Origin: Owenia fusiformis
Taxonomy: Eukaryota
Length of the DNA stretch: 64,000 nucleotides
Assembly: GCA_903813345.2 (NCBI GenBank)
Contig: CAIIXF020000001.1
Coordinates: 19,034,001-19,098,000 of the forward strand
Direction of reading: 5' to 3'
Shown here: piece after piece, positions 39,975-52,200 of the stretch
How positions within the stretch are numbered: the stretch's first letter is position 1
Layout of the letters: each line of letters opens with the position of its first letter
Notes under the pieces: generated by a model
Seen by the model: only the letters and a program-made list of their open reading frames with translations
What the model was told of the DNA's origin: nothing
Database searches by the model: none
Translations under genes and position numbers: made by a program

Positions 39975-41620
39975 CTACAAGACAAACACAAGAGAACCAA
40001 GGTCAGCAGGCAGTCGGCACTTGCAGGCCCAGGCTTGCAGGATCTGTCCAGTCAAACATGGCAGCCAAGCAAACAGCACACGCACAAACTTATCCCAAAA
40101 TTGTAACCCAAGAGATGTCCCATGCATTTCAAAGTGGAATAACAGGTCCAGACCCCAGACCATGCAAAATTAAATGGAGATATGTTTCCGTTTGAAATCA
40201 ATGAAATTAGTACAGATTGCAAAATAATAATTCAGATAGAAGTAATCAATGATAATTCAAACAAATAAAAAGTAAACCAAATCAATGTGTAAAATACCAA
40301 ATCCAAAATAAAATCAACATATTCCAGGTCTGACATCCAATTACATGCAGAATCACCATTGGTATCCTTTTAGTGTAAAATCAACAAATATGATCAAATC
40401 GCAACATGCTTTAAGGTATGGCAGAGTAGAAGTAGCAGCAGAGTAATCTGTCAGTTTGCATACTGACATCATGTGCAAAGTTTCCCTACATGACCCACCT
40501 TAAAGCATGCATGTATCAAACGTATAACATCATTTCACATGAACAAGCAGTGCAAAAAAACATGAAGGAAAAATAGAGATGAAAACTGTTGTCAGCCAAA
40601 CTTATTTTCATTTAAAGTCATAAATAAATAAACAAATAAAAAATTGGGATTTACGACGATCACTCTTAAAATCGTCAAGCTTTATAATTGAAAATCTAAA
40701 AGCAACATGTAGTGGGTGTACTCAGATGCATTCAATGAATGGATGTACTGTAGGTATGGTTTGCTAGGCTGCACATGTAAAGCTCCCAATAGACCTAGTA
40801 TTAGTTTCCCTATACTAAATGGCCATACTGGGTTAAAATCTGAACAATCTAGCACCATTTTATATTTATCACAAATGAAAATAGATATTCAATGACTATT
40901 ACAAGTATTATAATAACAAGTGCAAGAGAATAATTTTTTTCAATGGTGATAGACTGCTCATAATTCAAATTAATAAATGGACTACCAATATCACAAGTTT
41001 TAGCCACTTTCATCAATATTAATCAGAACTAAAAAGTTTCATATTAAATTAAAATATTTTTATGACACATCAGTTTTGTGCATTTAATCTTGTGAAGTTA
41101 TGAGAGTTATTCAACCATTTTTAATGTTAGAAACTCTAATAGAGGTCATGAGAGTTTTCCATTAATGACTACAAGTAATCTACAAAGTAAGATAAGTGAC
41201 TAAAACTTGTTGTTTTCTATGACAAGCATCATAAGGTACAAATTCACAAAGAAATTTGAGAACTGAACATGAAATAAAATGGGCAGCAAAAATGAGGTAA
41301 AATAAGTTGAAAATAGTGATCAAAAGTAAATTCAGCTCTATAAGTATCTAAATCAGATTTTTAATGTTTTAATCCCATTTTACTGGCATTCCGAGTCTTG
41401 AGAAGATTTAGCATATCCTGCCTATAAGCACATAGGAGAGATAGCTACAGGCTGTTGTTAGTCAGTCGAACTCCAAGCGCTGCATCAAAATGCACCGCAG
41501 GTCATTCCAACAATAATATCAACTCAACTTTAAAACTGTTAAAACATTAGAAAGAAACTGACGAATCAGAGAAGAGGTTTCATAACAGCCAACCAATCAT
41601 GTGTCAGCTTACAAACTCAC

Positions 41621-41893
41621 CTGAACCACTGTGGACACTTTCGTTGCCATGTTCTGTGCATGTCTGGCTCATACTAGTGCAACTAGTCATATCATTGGTG
41701 AAATTTGGAGGGGGTGGCGCGTAACTTATCGGGACTTGTGGTGGAGCAGGTGGTTTTGCCGTCGTAAAGTTAGGTCCATATGAGTATTGTGGGTTCCAGG
41801 CAGGAGGGGGTAGGGGTGCTAATGTGTCTCTATCTGCTTCTGATACACTGTCTACATCCTCCAAACTTAGCTGGGACATGTCTACTGGATACG
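41621..41893 (-). CDS. dvl: Dishevelled exon, post-DEP region (DRDTLAPLPPP motif)
   Basis: ttacag|CG TAT CCA...GGT TCA G|gtgagt, 273 nt, phase 1-1; conserved DTLAPLP. Confidence 0.92.
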
Positions 41894-42119
41894 CTGTAAC
41901 ATGAAACAATTAAAGTGAATAGACATTCCCTGTAAAGAGTTTTGTTTTCAAACAAAATGTTAAGCTATATTATTTAGTGTATCACTAATTAAGAGAGTTT
42001 TGTGAAATATTAACAACGTAAATATTCTTCAATATAGTCTAATAAATCAGCAGTGACTTAGAATCTAATTAAATTCTTAATGACGCAGAATAGTCGACTT
42101 TGAAAAAGTGATCACTTAC

Positions 42120-42290
42120 TACTTCCACACATGTCCCCAAATATATAGTAACACTGTTCAGAGAAGGTGATTTTGTTCACTGTATGTTTGATGTAGCCAG
42201 CTTTTAGTAAATTACATGCATAACGTCGGGAGTCTCTCCTATCAGCAAAGCCTTCCACGTGTGTGTGTAACCATTCTACTAAATCTGATC
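42120..42290 (-). CDS. dvl: Dishevelled exon, DEP domain C-half
   Basis: [53 protein letters not shown]; gcag| and |gtaagt, 171 nt. Confidence 0.97.
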
Positions 42291-43339
42291 CTGCAACAGA
42301 AATCAACAGAATATTCATATTCAGCTGTGTTACGATTAAGTATTTTTAAGTGGGTTTGGAGGGATAACGTTTGAAAAATATTTGGATATAATCTTGTGCT
42401 TTTTCAAAATGGCTAATTGAATTTTGCATTAGCACCAACAAAAGTTCCTATCATAAATGTCCAGCAGTTGTCCATAAAATTCAGAATTTAATCATCCTTC
42501 GCTAATTAGTAGTTCCACTCCATAGACCCCATGTTAAATGGTTCCCCTTTGGAATCACTTTATAGGCAATAACCCTGAGATTATGGATCAGGCTGTCAGG
42601 AAATAACCTCTACATTAAGATTACGTCATAAATCCTTTACTTTTTGGCGTTTAATTTACTCATAGTAAAAACTCTACTCAGATGTAAGTGACTTCAGTTT
42701 TTGATTGATCAGGTCTATCACACAATGAAAGCATACAAACAGAAATAGCCAAATCTGATGGGGAAGTATGTTATTGATGTCTAGTGGGTTTCTAAATGAA
42801 GTCTCCCCTCTACATATTCTCATCATTCTTTAAAGTAATTTCAACTTTACTCCGCGACAAGCCACGCTAATAGGACATAAAATCAATAATTCTGGTAATG
42901 AATTCTCAAAATAGAACCAAGAAGATCCAATAAAACCCATGTCTTCTCCATCGTGTTTTGAGTTGAAAACTAGAGTGAAAAGATGAGAATCAGCAAGGAA
43001 TAAAGTACACATGATGTGTTATGTACATAAAGGTGGTCTTGTTCCTAATTTGTCCCCTCCCATTAGCAATTTCCCTAACAGTACCCTGTGTAAGCTTGTA
43101 CATTAAATGGTGAGTGAGAGGTATCCTTAGAATTGACATAGACTTACATGTAGTTGATTTTTGAAATAATACACAAATGCCAGGATATAAAACAAGGCAA
43201 AATGTCACCACCAGCCATTTGAAACAGACAATGAACACCAAACAATGAGTGCTGAATGCCAAACACCAATCACCGAACACCACCCACAAAAAGTTGGGGA
43301 CCATAACAATATATCATCACTTCTGGTGTTGACATAAAA

Positions 43340-43400
43340 ATCAAGTTTATGTGTGTAATTGAGTTTATGTGTGTAATCGAGTTTATGTGTGTAATCGAGT
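43340..43400 (+). repeat. 18-bp tandem repeat x3.4 (atcgagtttatgtgtgta)
   Basis: Directly visible. Confidence 0.85.
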
Positions 43401-43744
43401 GAAATTAACATTTTATACAAGAAGTTTTCTGCGTGATTGGGAATGGCACAAAATTAAGTACCTCGTTACAACGGAGTGGATTAAATATAATATGACAAGT
43501 GAGAGGTTTTATGCATGGGTTGACTAGCTACGTTGATCTTCAGTGTTTTTTTGACTAGGGATATAGTGAATACAAAGAATTCATGTCATGCAATAGTTCA
43601 TCCACTGTCTTTCAGTTTCTATTTTCAAAGCAAGCAATGCCACAAATGTATTTTCTGACTCCAAACTGGAAAAACATTGTGAATATATATGTATCTACTG
43701 TACAGCTGGAGCCAATGGATTAAATAAATAGAGGATAAGCTTAC

Positions 43745-43876
43745 CTATAAAAGCATTTGGTATTGTTATTTTCAGCCACATCCTGTCCCTAATTTCTAGG
43801 CCTGAGTCCGGCTGGGCCATACATTTCACTACCGAGGCCATGTCTGAATTAACTGACAGGTTAAAGTCATCATAGC
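43745..43876 (-). CDS. dvl: Dishevelled exon, DEP domain N-half
   Basis: [33 protein letters not shown]; gcag| and |gtaagc, 132 nt. Confidence 0.97.
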
Positions 43877-44129
43877 CTGCAAAAACAACAGGCAAATATT
43901 ATACCATTTGTTTTGGAATTTTTGTTGGGTATTACATACTACATTCAGCTTCAGGAATTGTTAAATCAGGAATCGTGATCGATAATGTGTTCCAGAAACA
44001 ACTCTCCTATGGATCAGATGCTTGACTCAAGCAAGAAATATATAAGCAGATTTATTGTCGATATCTGTGCATGACTGCTCAAAAAAGCAAGAAAAGAATA
44101 AGCACACTTTACACTGAATATGCACATGG

Positions 44130-44290
44130 TACAGTAAAAACCTATCAAGTCTAACATTTTCTGTGTGGGGGTCAATTGACATAAACCCTCTTGATTCTTG
44201 TTTTACATGTAAAATAAAATATCTCTACTAAAGATGACAAGTTTTTTTATGGTAAACTAGTGTTAGACTTGGATATTGAGATTCACTGTA
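44130..44290. mobile_element. Tigger/pogo-like MITE in a dvl intron
   Basis: TA-CAGTAAAAACC..caagtctaaca...tgttagacttg..CACTG-TA. Confidence 0.5.
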
Positions 44291-44431
44291 ACATATCATT
44301 TCAATGACAACTGAAATAGTAATTCAAACCTAAAGGAATCAATTTAACATTACATTGGCATGCAACAAAACTCTTTAAACACTTACGTTCAGATTCTGGA
44401 ATTGAACTAGTTAAGCTCTGCATCCACTTAC

Positions 44432-44673
44432 GTTCTGACTCAGGTATTGAACTAGTTAAAGATGAAGAGGTTGAGGTCATGGTCGCTACACTGCCGGGTC
44501 CGTGAGGAGGTTTACCCATTATCTCCCGCTGCATGGCTGTAGTATGGGCAACCCAAGCTGATGGGTCTATCGGCCTCACAGGCTCCTGACGGGGTATCGT
44601 GAAGTATCCTTTAGGGTTAGGGTCCCAACATTTGGCAACTACCAGTGTAACTGGTTGGGGAGCATTTCCATAG
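44432..44673 (-). CDS. dvl: Dishevelled exon, PDZ C-terminus and Pro-rich linker (alternative in-frame donor extends it to 44387)
   Basis: [44 protein letters not shown]...SSIPESE; tttcag| and |gtaagt, 242 nt, phase 2-1. Confidence 0.95.
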
Positions 44674-44793
44674 CTGAAAGAAAATATTTGGTTTTTGAAT
44701 ATACTAATTTTAAACAGTCAGAGGAAACATCTGGGACAATCTATAAATCTTGCGAGCACCCTTATAAGGCAAAGCATGAATGAAGATTCTTAC

Positions 44794-44922
44794 CCAGGTC
44801 TTTGGACTGCTTCTCGTAAGGTTTTTACTGCATCGTCATTGCTCATATTTTCAAAGCTAATACCATTCACTTCCAGAATCATATCTCCTGGTTCTATACG
44901 GCCATCTTGGGCAACAGCACCT
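44794..44922 (-). CDS. dvl: Dishevelled exon, PDZ domain
   Basis: [43 protein letters not shown]; 129 nt, phase 2-2. Confidence 0.96.
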
Positions 44923-45214
44923 CTGAAAGTGAAATGTAAAATATTAAGAAAAACATAAAGAGGTTATTTACTGAGAGGAATTGAATATGGGTTTTTACAG
45001 AGGGGTAATATGATATAAATCCTCATATTCTTCTGTTATTTGTGATGAATGTAGACAGTTATTAGTCTATATGTTCAAGGATTATAATTTTCTATAAATT
45101 TCTATAAACATCCAAATGGTAGTGCCTCTACTCTAAATAATTTTCTCATCTCTGATGTCCACTCTATTTTCCATTCTGAAACATGACCACTATATTCTTC
45201 TCATAGATACCTAC

Positions 45215-45302
45215 CCCTTCATGATGGAGCCGACATATATACCACCATCTCCGCCCTTGTTACTCTGGCCTACTATGCTGATTCCAAGGAAATTCACCGT
45301 TT
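45215..45302 (-). CDS. dvl: Dishevelled exon, PDZ domain (FLGISIVGQ carboxylate-binding loop)
   Basis: [30 protein letters not shown]; 88 nt, phase 1-2. Confidence 0.96.
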
Positions 45303-45569
45303 CTGAAAAACAGGTAGACTTTCGTTTAAACGTGACAGAGAAACAATCTTTTGTTTCTAATTTTATGAAGTGTAAACTTGACAATCTCTCTTGAAGTTAA
45401 TCCTTTATCTAGGAGTTCATATGACTGAATCAAGTAAGATTAGTTCTCAACTAGAATTTTGTAAAACTGATAAATTGTCACCTAGGCAAAATTACAACAC
45501 TATACTTATAAATGGGGGAAGAACAGTTCTAATCTATGTTATCTTTTTGCTGAACAAATTATAGCTTAC

Positions 45570-45639
45570 CCATATTTAAAGTGACTGTGATAATATTTAA
45601 TGACATAGTTGAATCGGTTATGCTGCTAAATGAAGAAGC
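45570..45639 (-). CDS. dvl: Dishevelled exon, start of PDZ
   Basis: ASSFSSITDSTMSLNIITVTLNM; tttcag| and |gtaagc, 70 nt, phase 0-1. Confidence 0.96.
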
Positions 45640-46479
45640 CTGAAAGTAAATGAAAACAAATTGAAAAATATTGCATAAATGGACAGACAGATACATGGAT
45701 AAATGGAAAGACAGAGCCAAAGACAGACAGGTGAGTGTGTGATTCTATAGGCTCTAAGAGTTAACTTTGAAATAAACAATATTTAATGGCAAATAACCAA
45801 CATTTAAGAGATAAATCTAAATGAAAGTAAAATATCTTATATCATAGCTGTCATACATAAAATAATGACCAGTTTCATACGATTTTTCACATTTCAATGT
45901 TTTCTGTTCTTGCAAATCAAAATTCATTATTTTCAGCATTTCTTTAATATTTGAAATGGTCAAAATCTTAAAAACACACAAGAATAAGTTATTTCTACTA
46001 AAGGCGCATCTAGACCTGAAGTATCTTGACTCTTGAGTGCTCTCAAGTGGATCTATCTTCTGTTAGTAAACTGTGAATAAATCGAACAGTCTAATTATCT
46101 TGACACAACAGAGCTTTAATAAGATATACAGTGTATGTATCAAATCCATTTGACCTGCATAGTGCATCACCCTGATTTAAAGTGCTCAGGCATCCTTCCT
46201 TCTCCCTCTGAGGTATTTCTGAGATCTTATTATCCACCGCATTCAACTTTGATATCAGTAGGTCAAGAATCCAAGGGAATGAAGGTTTTTCATTCATTTG
46301 ACTGTTCTGAAGTTCAGAGTGCCTCTGATATAATTTGATTAACAGGTTAATAATTGACTGGTGTTAATTCTTTATGACCATCAGTAACCTGCAGCTCTGG
46401 CTGTATTCCAGAGGGAGAAAGAGAACTAGTGAAACTAAGGTTGACTCCATTGTTCCAAATATATAAATAATTTACTTAC

Positions 46480-46706
46480 TCTACTAATAGGTGGCAGTTT
46501 ATGCCGCCTTCTCCGCCTTTGCCGATGACGCCCATATTTGGATGATCGGGTTGTTGTGTCAGTGATTGTAGAAAAGCGGCTGTCATCCTCTGAGTCAAAG
46601 AAACTGGTAGATTCCAAGTCACTAGACATCATTGAGGACGAGCCATCAAAGCCATAGTTCCGTTCACGTGGGTCTCGATGTTTGCTGTGACCATTTATTC
46701 TTGGGA
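46480..46706 (-). CDS. dvl: Dishevelled exon, Ser/Thr-rich and basic region
   Basis: PRINGH...MMSSDLESTSFFDSEDDSRFSTITDT...RQRRRRRHKLPPISR; 227 nt, phase 1-0. Confidence 0.95.
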
Positions 46707-48835
46707 CTGCAAGTAGAGTAAGAATATGTTAAACTTAATAATGCACAATATAACCATATTCAGTTGGAGCTTTATTTGTTTTTATTCATTTCCAAGAATT
46801 AACAACTAATTTGTTATAAAGGCAGGGAATGATTTGTACTTATACTTCACAAAAGCTCATATTCTCTAATCTAAATGGAAGTTTTCTAGTTTCTCTTAAC
46901 ATAGGACTTTTTCTGTATCATTTTCCCTCTAGGAAGTGACATTTCAGGAATTCTTCCTACTAATAGTTAAAGGACTGCAGAGTATTTTCCCAGCAGCCCA
47001 AATACCTTCCTAGCTACATAAACATAACACACAGTTCCAGACGACAACTTGGAATCTACCATTTTGTCTCTAAGAACCTTGTATGGATTTCATTCGAGAT
47101 AACTTCCACCGAGGGACGTCATAAAACATATTTGTGATGTGAAAACCATCTCTACGAGGTAATAAATATTCTTTGACGTACATATTGATTAGCTGTTGGT
47201 AAAATATATGAGCTGAGGTCTAAGTTGGAAGGATAACTTATCAACTCATCATACAGCTTTGAAATGAAAATTACACGATTTTGGAATATTTCCGAACTGT
47301 GGATCTACTTTACTTGCCCTTTGCGATCATTCTGATAATTTTATATCTTAACTCTTCCCTAAAATCAGCAGATCCTTATTTATGTAGAGTTTGCCTCAAA
47401 ACTCAGCTTGAACGTAACCATTTGTTAAACAATTCCAATTATTGCTCTTTTTCATGTTTTACACTTAAAAAGGATGAACACAAAGATGACTTATGTAAGA
47501 GTCTAAATGTCGTAGTCAATCATAACTGTTATTAATCAACCAGGCCCAACATCAATCATCCCTGTGTGCTATATGTTCCACGAATTCTACAAGATAGAGA
47601 GATCTTCAGATGCTGGTAGATCTGATGAGAATTTGACAACCATCATGTTGCTTTAACCACATACCTTGAAATCCATAGATTTTATTTGAGGTAACAGTGT
47701 TTTTTGCTTTAAAAAGAAAACACCATTTAAAAAACTGACATGGTTAGAATTTCAAACGAAACCACAAAGCCAAAGAATATATGCAACTTTTGATTGAAAT
47801 GTATTTATAATATGGAGTAATATGCTTCAGATCCATATAACTGGGTTTACTAAATTATAGGATTTCTACTTGAGTTGATGTTTCAAATTTGTTACATATT
47901 TTTCACATAATCTTTAGGGATTTGGATTTTTATGTTTTCAAGTTAAAGTGATTTCTTACATCTTAAGTTACTTAAACGGTGTAGAATATCAGTGAAACAT
48001 TCCCATATACCATTGTTTAAAAAATAGTCTCACAATTGTTTTAGCCGCCTATCAAATAATTTAAATGCAAACCAACACTTTTCACCTTATGTGTGATACA
48101 AGACCAATGTAGTCATTCTGATTGAATAGCTTGATATTCCAATTCAAAAGAATACAGCCATTGTAAAATCCAATTCCATAATTAGGTTATAGCACCATAA
48201 AAATAGTATCGCTTAAATCACTATCCATGTTTTTCACACAAATATGCTGTTTTCTAATAATATTTTGCCTAACACGCTATGTTATGACACAATCAAGTTT
48301 ATAAATGTGATCAACAAATAGAGATTGTTTAAAGGTTTCCCTTGTCGAAGTAAACAATGTATTTCTTCTTTCTTTTTAATTATTATTAAATATACCTAAT
48401 GGAACATAAAATATTTCATAGTCACTTTGATACATGTCCTATTAACATCTCATGTTTAACCTTGAAATCAAAACAAAGTATCCATATATTTGAAATTGAC
48501 TCAGTTTTAAAATCTTTTTTATCACATGACTCTATTAATTATAATATCAAGCAAAATTTTGACAGTGCATCTCAGTGACAGTCTCCATTTCTAGTTTGCA
48601 TTGTTAAGATTTCTGAGAGATACTGAATCGCCGTAGACTTGCTTTAATGCAAAGAAGATCTCATCTCAAACAAAACATCATCAGTATGGATGTGAAATAA
48701 ATATTAGTTGCATTACACAAGTATTATGCAAAAATGCATGGTCTGAATGGCTCAAGACTAGATCAAAAAACTATTTTTTATTTCAAGAGAATAACCCAAG
48801 AGCTCTCACAGAAGGTAACACTTAACCAGACTTAC

Positions 48836-49202
48836 CATCTATCTCGTAAGTATCAAACACTACACTTCTGGGTATAAGATCTGGCAAAGGTTTCCAAATA
48901 TCCTCCATTCCATAATTATTTGTTATGTAATTTCCATTGATGTAATCATTTCTTTGGATGTCTCCTGTATCTTTAATGTAACTATCTTTGCAATATCCAC
49001 AATGACAAACAACATCTTCTTCAATAAAACTCTGCATCTTTGCAGTAAGAACATCATCATCTTCATCTATTGCTTTGTTTCTTTTACGTTTCTTAAACAA
49101 TTTACGAAATAACTTCGATACAAATGGCATTTTACTGTCTTTTGTTGTTCTCAGTTTATGGTAGTTCTTTTTCCAATGAAACCCTATGCAGTAGTCCAAC
49201 AT
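48836..49202 (-). CDS. dvl: Candidate alternative first (or large cassette) coding exon of dishevelled
   Basis: 122-codon open frame with ATGs at 49202 and 49130, ending GAG ATA GAT G|GTAAGT (consensus donor, phase 1, matching the acceptor at 46706). Confidence 0.6.
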
Positions 49203-52200
49203 GACATGTGATCTTACAAGAGGACCACCTCTAACTTTAAGCGAAATGAACTATAAAACATCTCTCTGTTTAATCAGTATGAAGTAATCCACAGCTTATA
49301 TTCTTGACATTTGCTAAATTCTAGTGCCTTGTAATAGCAAATGTTGGATTATCCAGCTACTTCAGGCATGCCACTTTTATAACATGTTATAATCTACTTT
49401 TATTTTTGTAATATTTTTTTGTCTAAAAGTGTGTGTTTATTCGCCTGGTTAAGCCTATAATAGTAAGCTCTCGACTGGTGAGATTACGATCAACATTACA
49501 AATCTGTTCATTGGTTCTGCAATTGGTGAAACCTCAATCCACATAATATAGATGATATGGCAATTTATCATATATAGACTAATAGTCAAATTCTCTCCAG
49601 AGGTTCCAATTCAATTTATACTGATCAAATTGCTTCCGTTAAAACATCCGCAGATCTTTATTTCGGTATTATTCAATCATATGCAAAACTTGATCCTCAT
49701 TTGTAAATGACATTTCTTTCTCCTTTACTGAGTTAATCAAATTGTTTTGTCTGATTTCTGTAACAAGTGAATGCTGTATTGAAATTGGCAGAAATCGTGG
49801 TAGTGCCTTCACCATATATTCCGCCTGTAGTTCTGGTTTCTATTCTAACCACTGTCTATTAACAGCTCACTTTCCCAGTGTTAATGCTTGCTATCTGAGG
49901 TCTGTAAGAAGTGAGGGGGTATTGACAGGTACTGTAGAGGATGTTACTCTCTCTATTATGTATCCTTACAACGCAACATCACTCTATAGATTACACAACC
50001 CCTCAACTCTTTATTTTAAGCTTTCAGACTCACTGAGAATTGATTCAAATTGATTCCACTATCTTCAATGGAATTTCTATCATTCCATACCCTACTGGTC
50101 CTTAGCAGATAACCTAAATGTTCAATGTATTTTACGTATAGTTCAGCTTCAAGACAAAAGAGCATTTTTTATCATTGTAAACCGAATATATTTTGTGAAT
50201 TTGTCTGCTGGTATAACTGAATGAATTCTCTATGTTGACCAGTTTAATGCTTTGCGAATTTTTCATTCATTCTAATCATTCATGTGAAAATCCTTCCCCG
50301 GGCCTCAACAAGATATGTCTTACATAATCCAGTCCATTTACAAAAAATATTTAACACTTGAAAATAATAGTACAGTGATTGAGATAAATTAGGTTTGCAT
50401 TGTGGATAAGAAGGCTATCAACACTGTGCCAACTTATATGTTTTCCTGTCATGATACTTTTCAATCTCTGCCAATTTTTGATTGCTTCTTTACTCATCCA
50501 ATCACCTCTCTGATGACCATCTTACTTGTGTGGCCACATCTAAATGGCGTTATCACGAAGTATGCTGGAAATTATAGCCTTATACTTCGATCCTTATCTA
50601 ATTTACTAATAGGTTTGATGTGTTAAATCACCTTAATGTAATAATGATCAAAAGTGTCATGTTATTTTTGTATCTTTTTAGAAATCTACTTTCATTATCT
50701 ATTTTATTTTAGTATTGCTATTACCCCATATTATGTACATGTATATGTAGCTATTATGTATCTCGAAAGTAATTTGGTAGATGTTAACATTTGGCATCAA
50801 TATTGGCACTAAAAGTGTAATGGTACAACTGAGTGGATACTGGATGGTACTTGAAGTCAATTAAATTACACAATTTGTGTTTGTCCATTATCAACCTACC
50901 TAAATCCTGGTAAGTTTGGCATGCATAATTCATAATATCTAAAATAGGAACACTTCGATATACAATCTTCACTGAATTCCCATAAAGATTCTGGCCAGGT
51001 TACTTAGAATATCAGCATGACTTGGAGTATTTTCATCACATCTTCAGTCATAATGTTGATATTTTCTAAAAGGTGTGTAAGCTCACGTTTCATCACTACA
51101 TTGTAGGTGTTCGCTATATCAAACGGCAAAGTTAGTTTTAGCAAATGAAACAAAGTTATCTTGGTTAACTGAATCATCTTAGAATATCAAACAAATGTCA
51201 AATAAGATGTCTAATTTTGTAAGTACACAGAAAATTCACACTAAAACTAATCAAAAAACGGTTAAATCCAGCTTAAAGAATCTGAGCTTAACATAGGAAA
51301 CGTTTGCTACGGGAAAATACAATTTTTTATTCTCAAACAAAACATGTATTTGTGTTAAGATATTAATAAGATTATAGATAATTAGATTAATTGATTTAAA
51401 TACATTTGGTTGAATGAAGGTGGCCATGTTTTGTTCAAGTTAAAACTTGCCAAACTGACAATTTCCCACCATCCAGATTATTCCGTCATACCACACATCA
51501 CACCGGTATATAATTCACTAATTCGCAATTTTCATGCTTTTTAAATTCACCGACACATTGGATTCACTAATCCATTTCATATGATTTCAATCGTAAAATC
51601 ACTTATTTGTGACATCATGTTCACGAATGGATCCATTAGGGAAATTAAGCTTCAAGTGAAAGTAATATGTTATTTAGTATGATCTAATTATAGGTTCCCA
51701 TCTAAGGGAGTAACTTCCATTAAAGGTATAGCGTGAGATAAACAGTCTGCCATTAGACCCACTTCCAATCATTCTATATAATATATAAACAAGACATTAA
51801 CATGGAAAATATCACAGCCTGCCATTTGTTACAGAAGCCAAAACGGCATCACAAATTGGAAACCAAAACAGTGTCACTACTTTTGATGAAAAAATGACTT
51901 GGTTGGCGTGCAGGGTCAGGATGCAAGACTAGAGACAGGTTAAACATCTCCCAAGGGATAATAACAATATAGAGATGTCAACAACCATGATTAAATTATA
52001 GTAAGATCTCAATACACTGAATCACTAAATCTAATTGTTCCAACCTGTGTTATAACCACCTTTGGAGTTACAGATGGGCTAAAAGTATATTACATTCCAG
52101 TTTCATCAGCAATCTGTCACAAACAGGCACATAAGCATATTACTTTGCATTTATTCAGAAAAGTTAACATTACAAAATTGAGCAGAAGCATGAAAAACAA

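Noticed and set aside
44695-45394. Plus-strand ORFs at 44695-44958 and 45155-45394
   Set aside because: Antisense shadows of the dvl PDZ exons.
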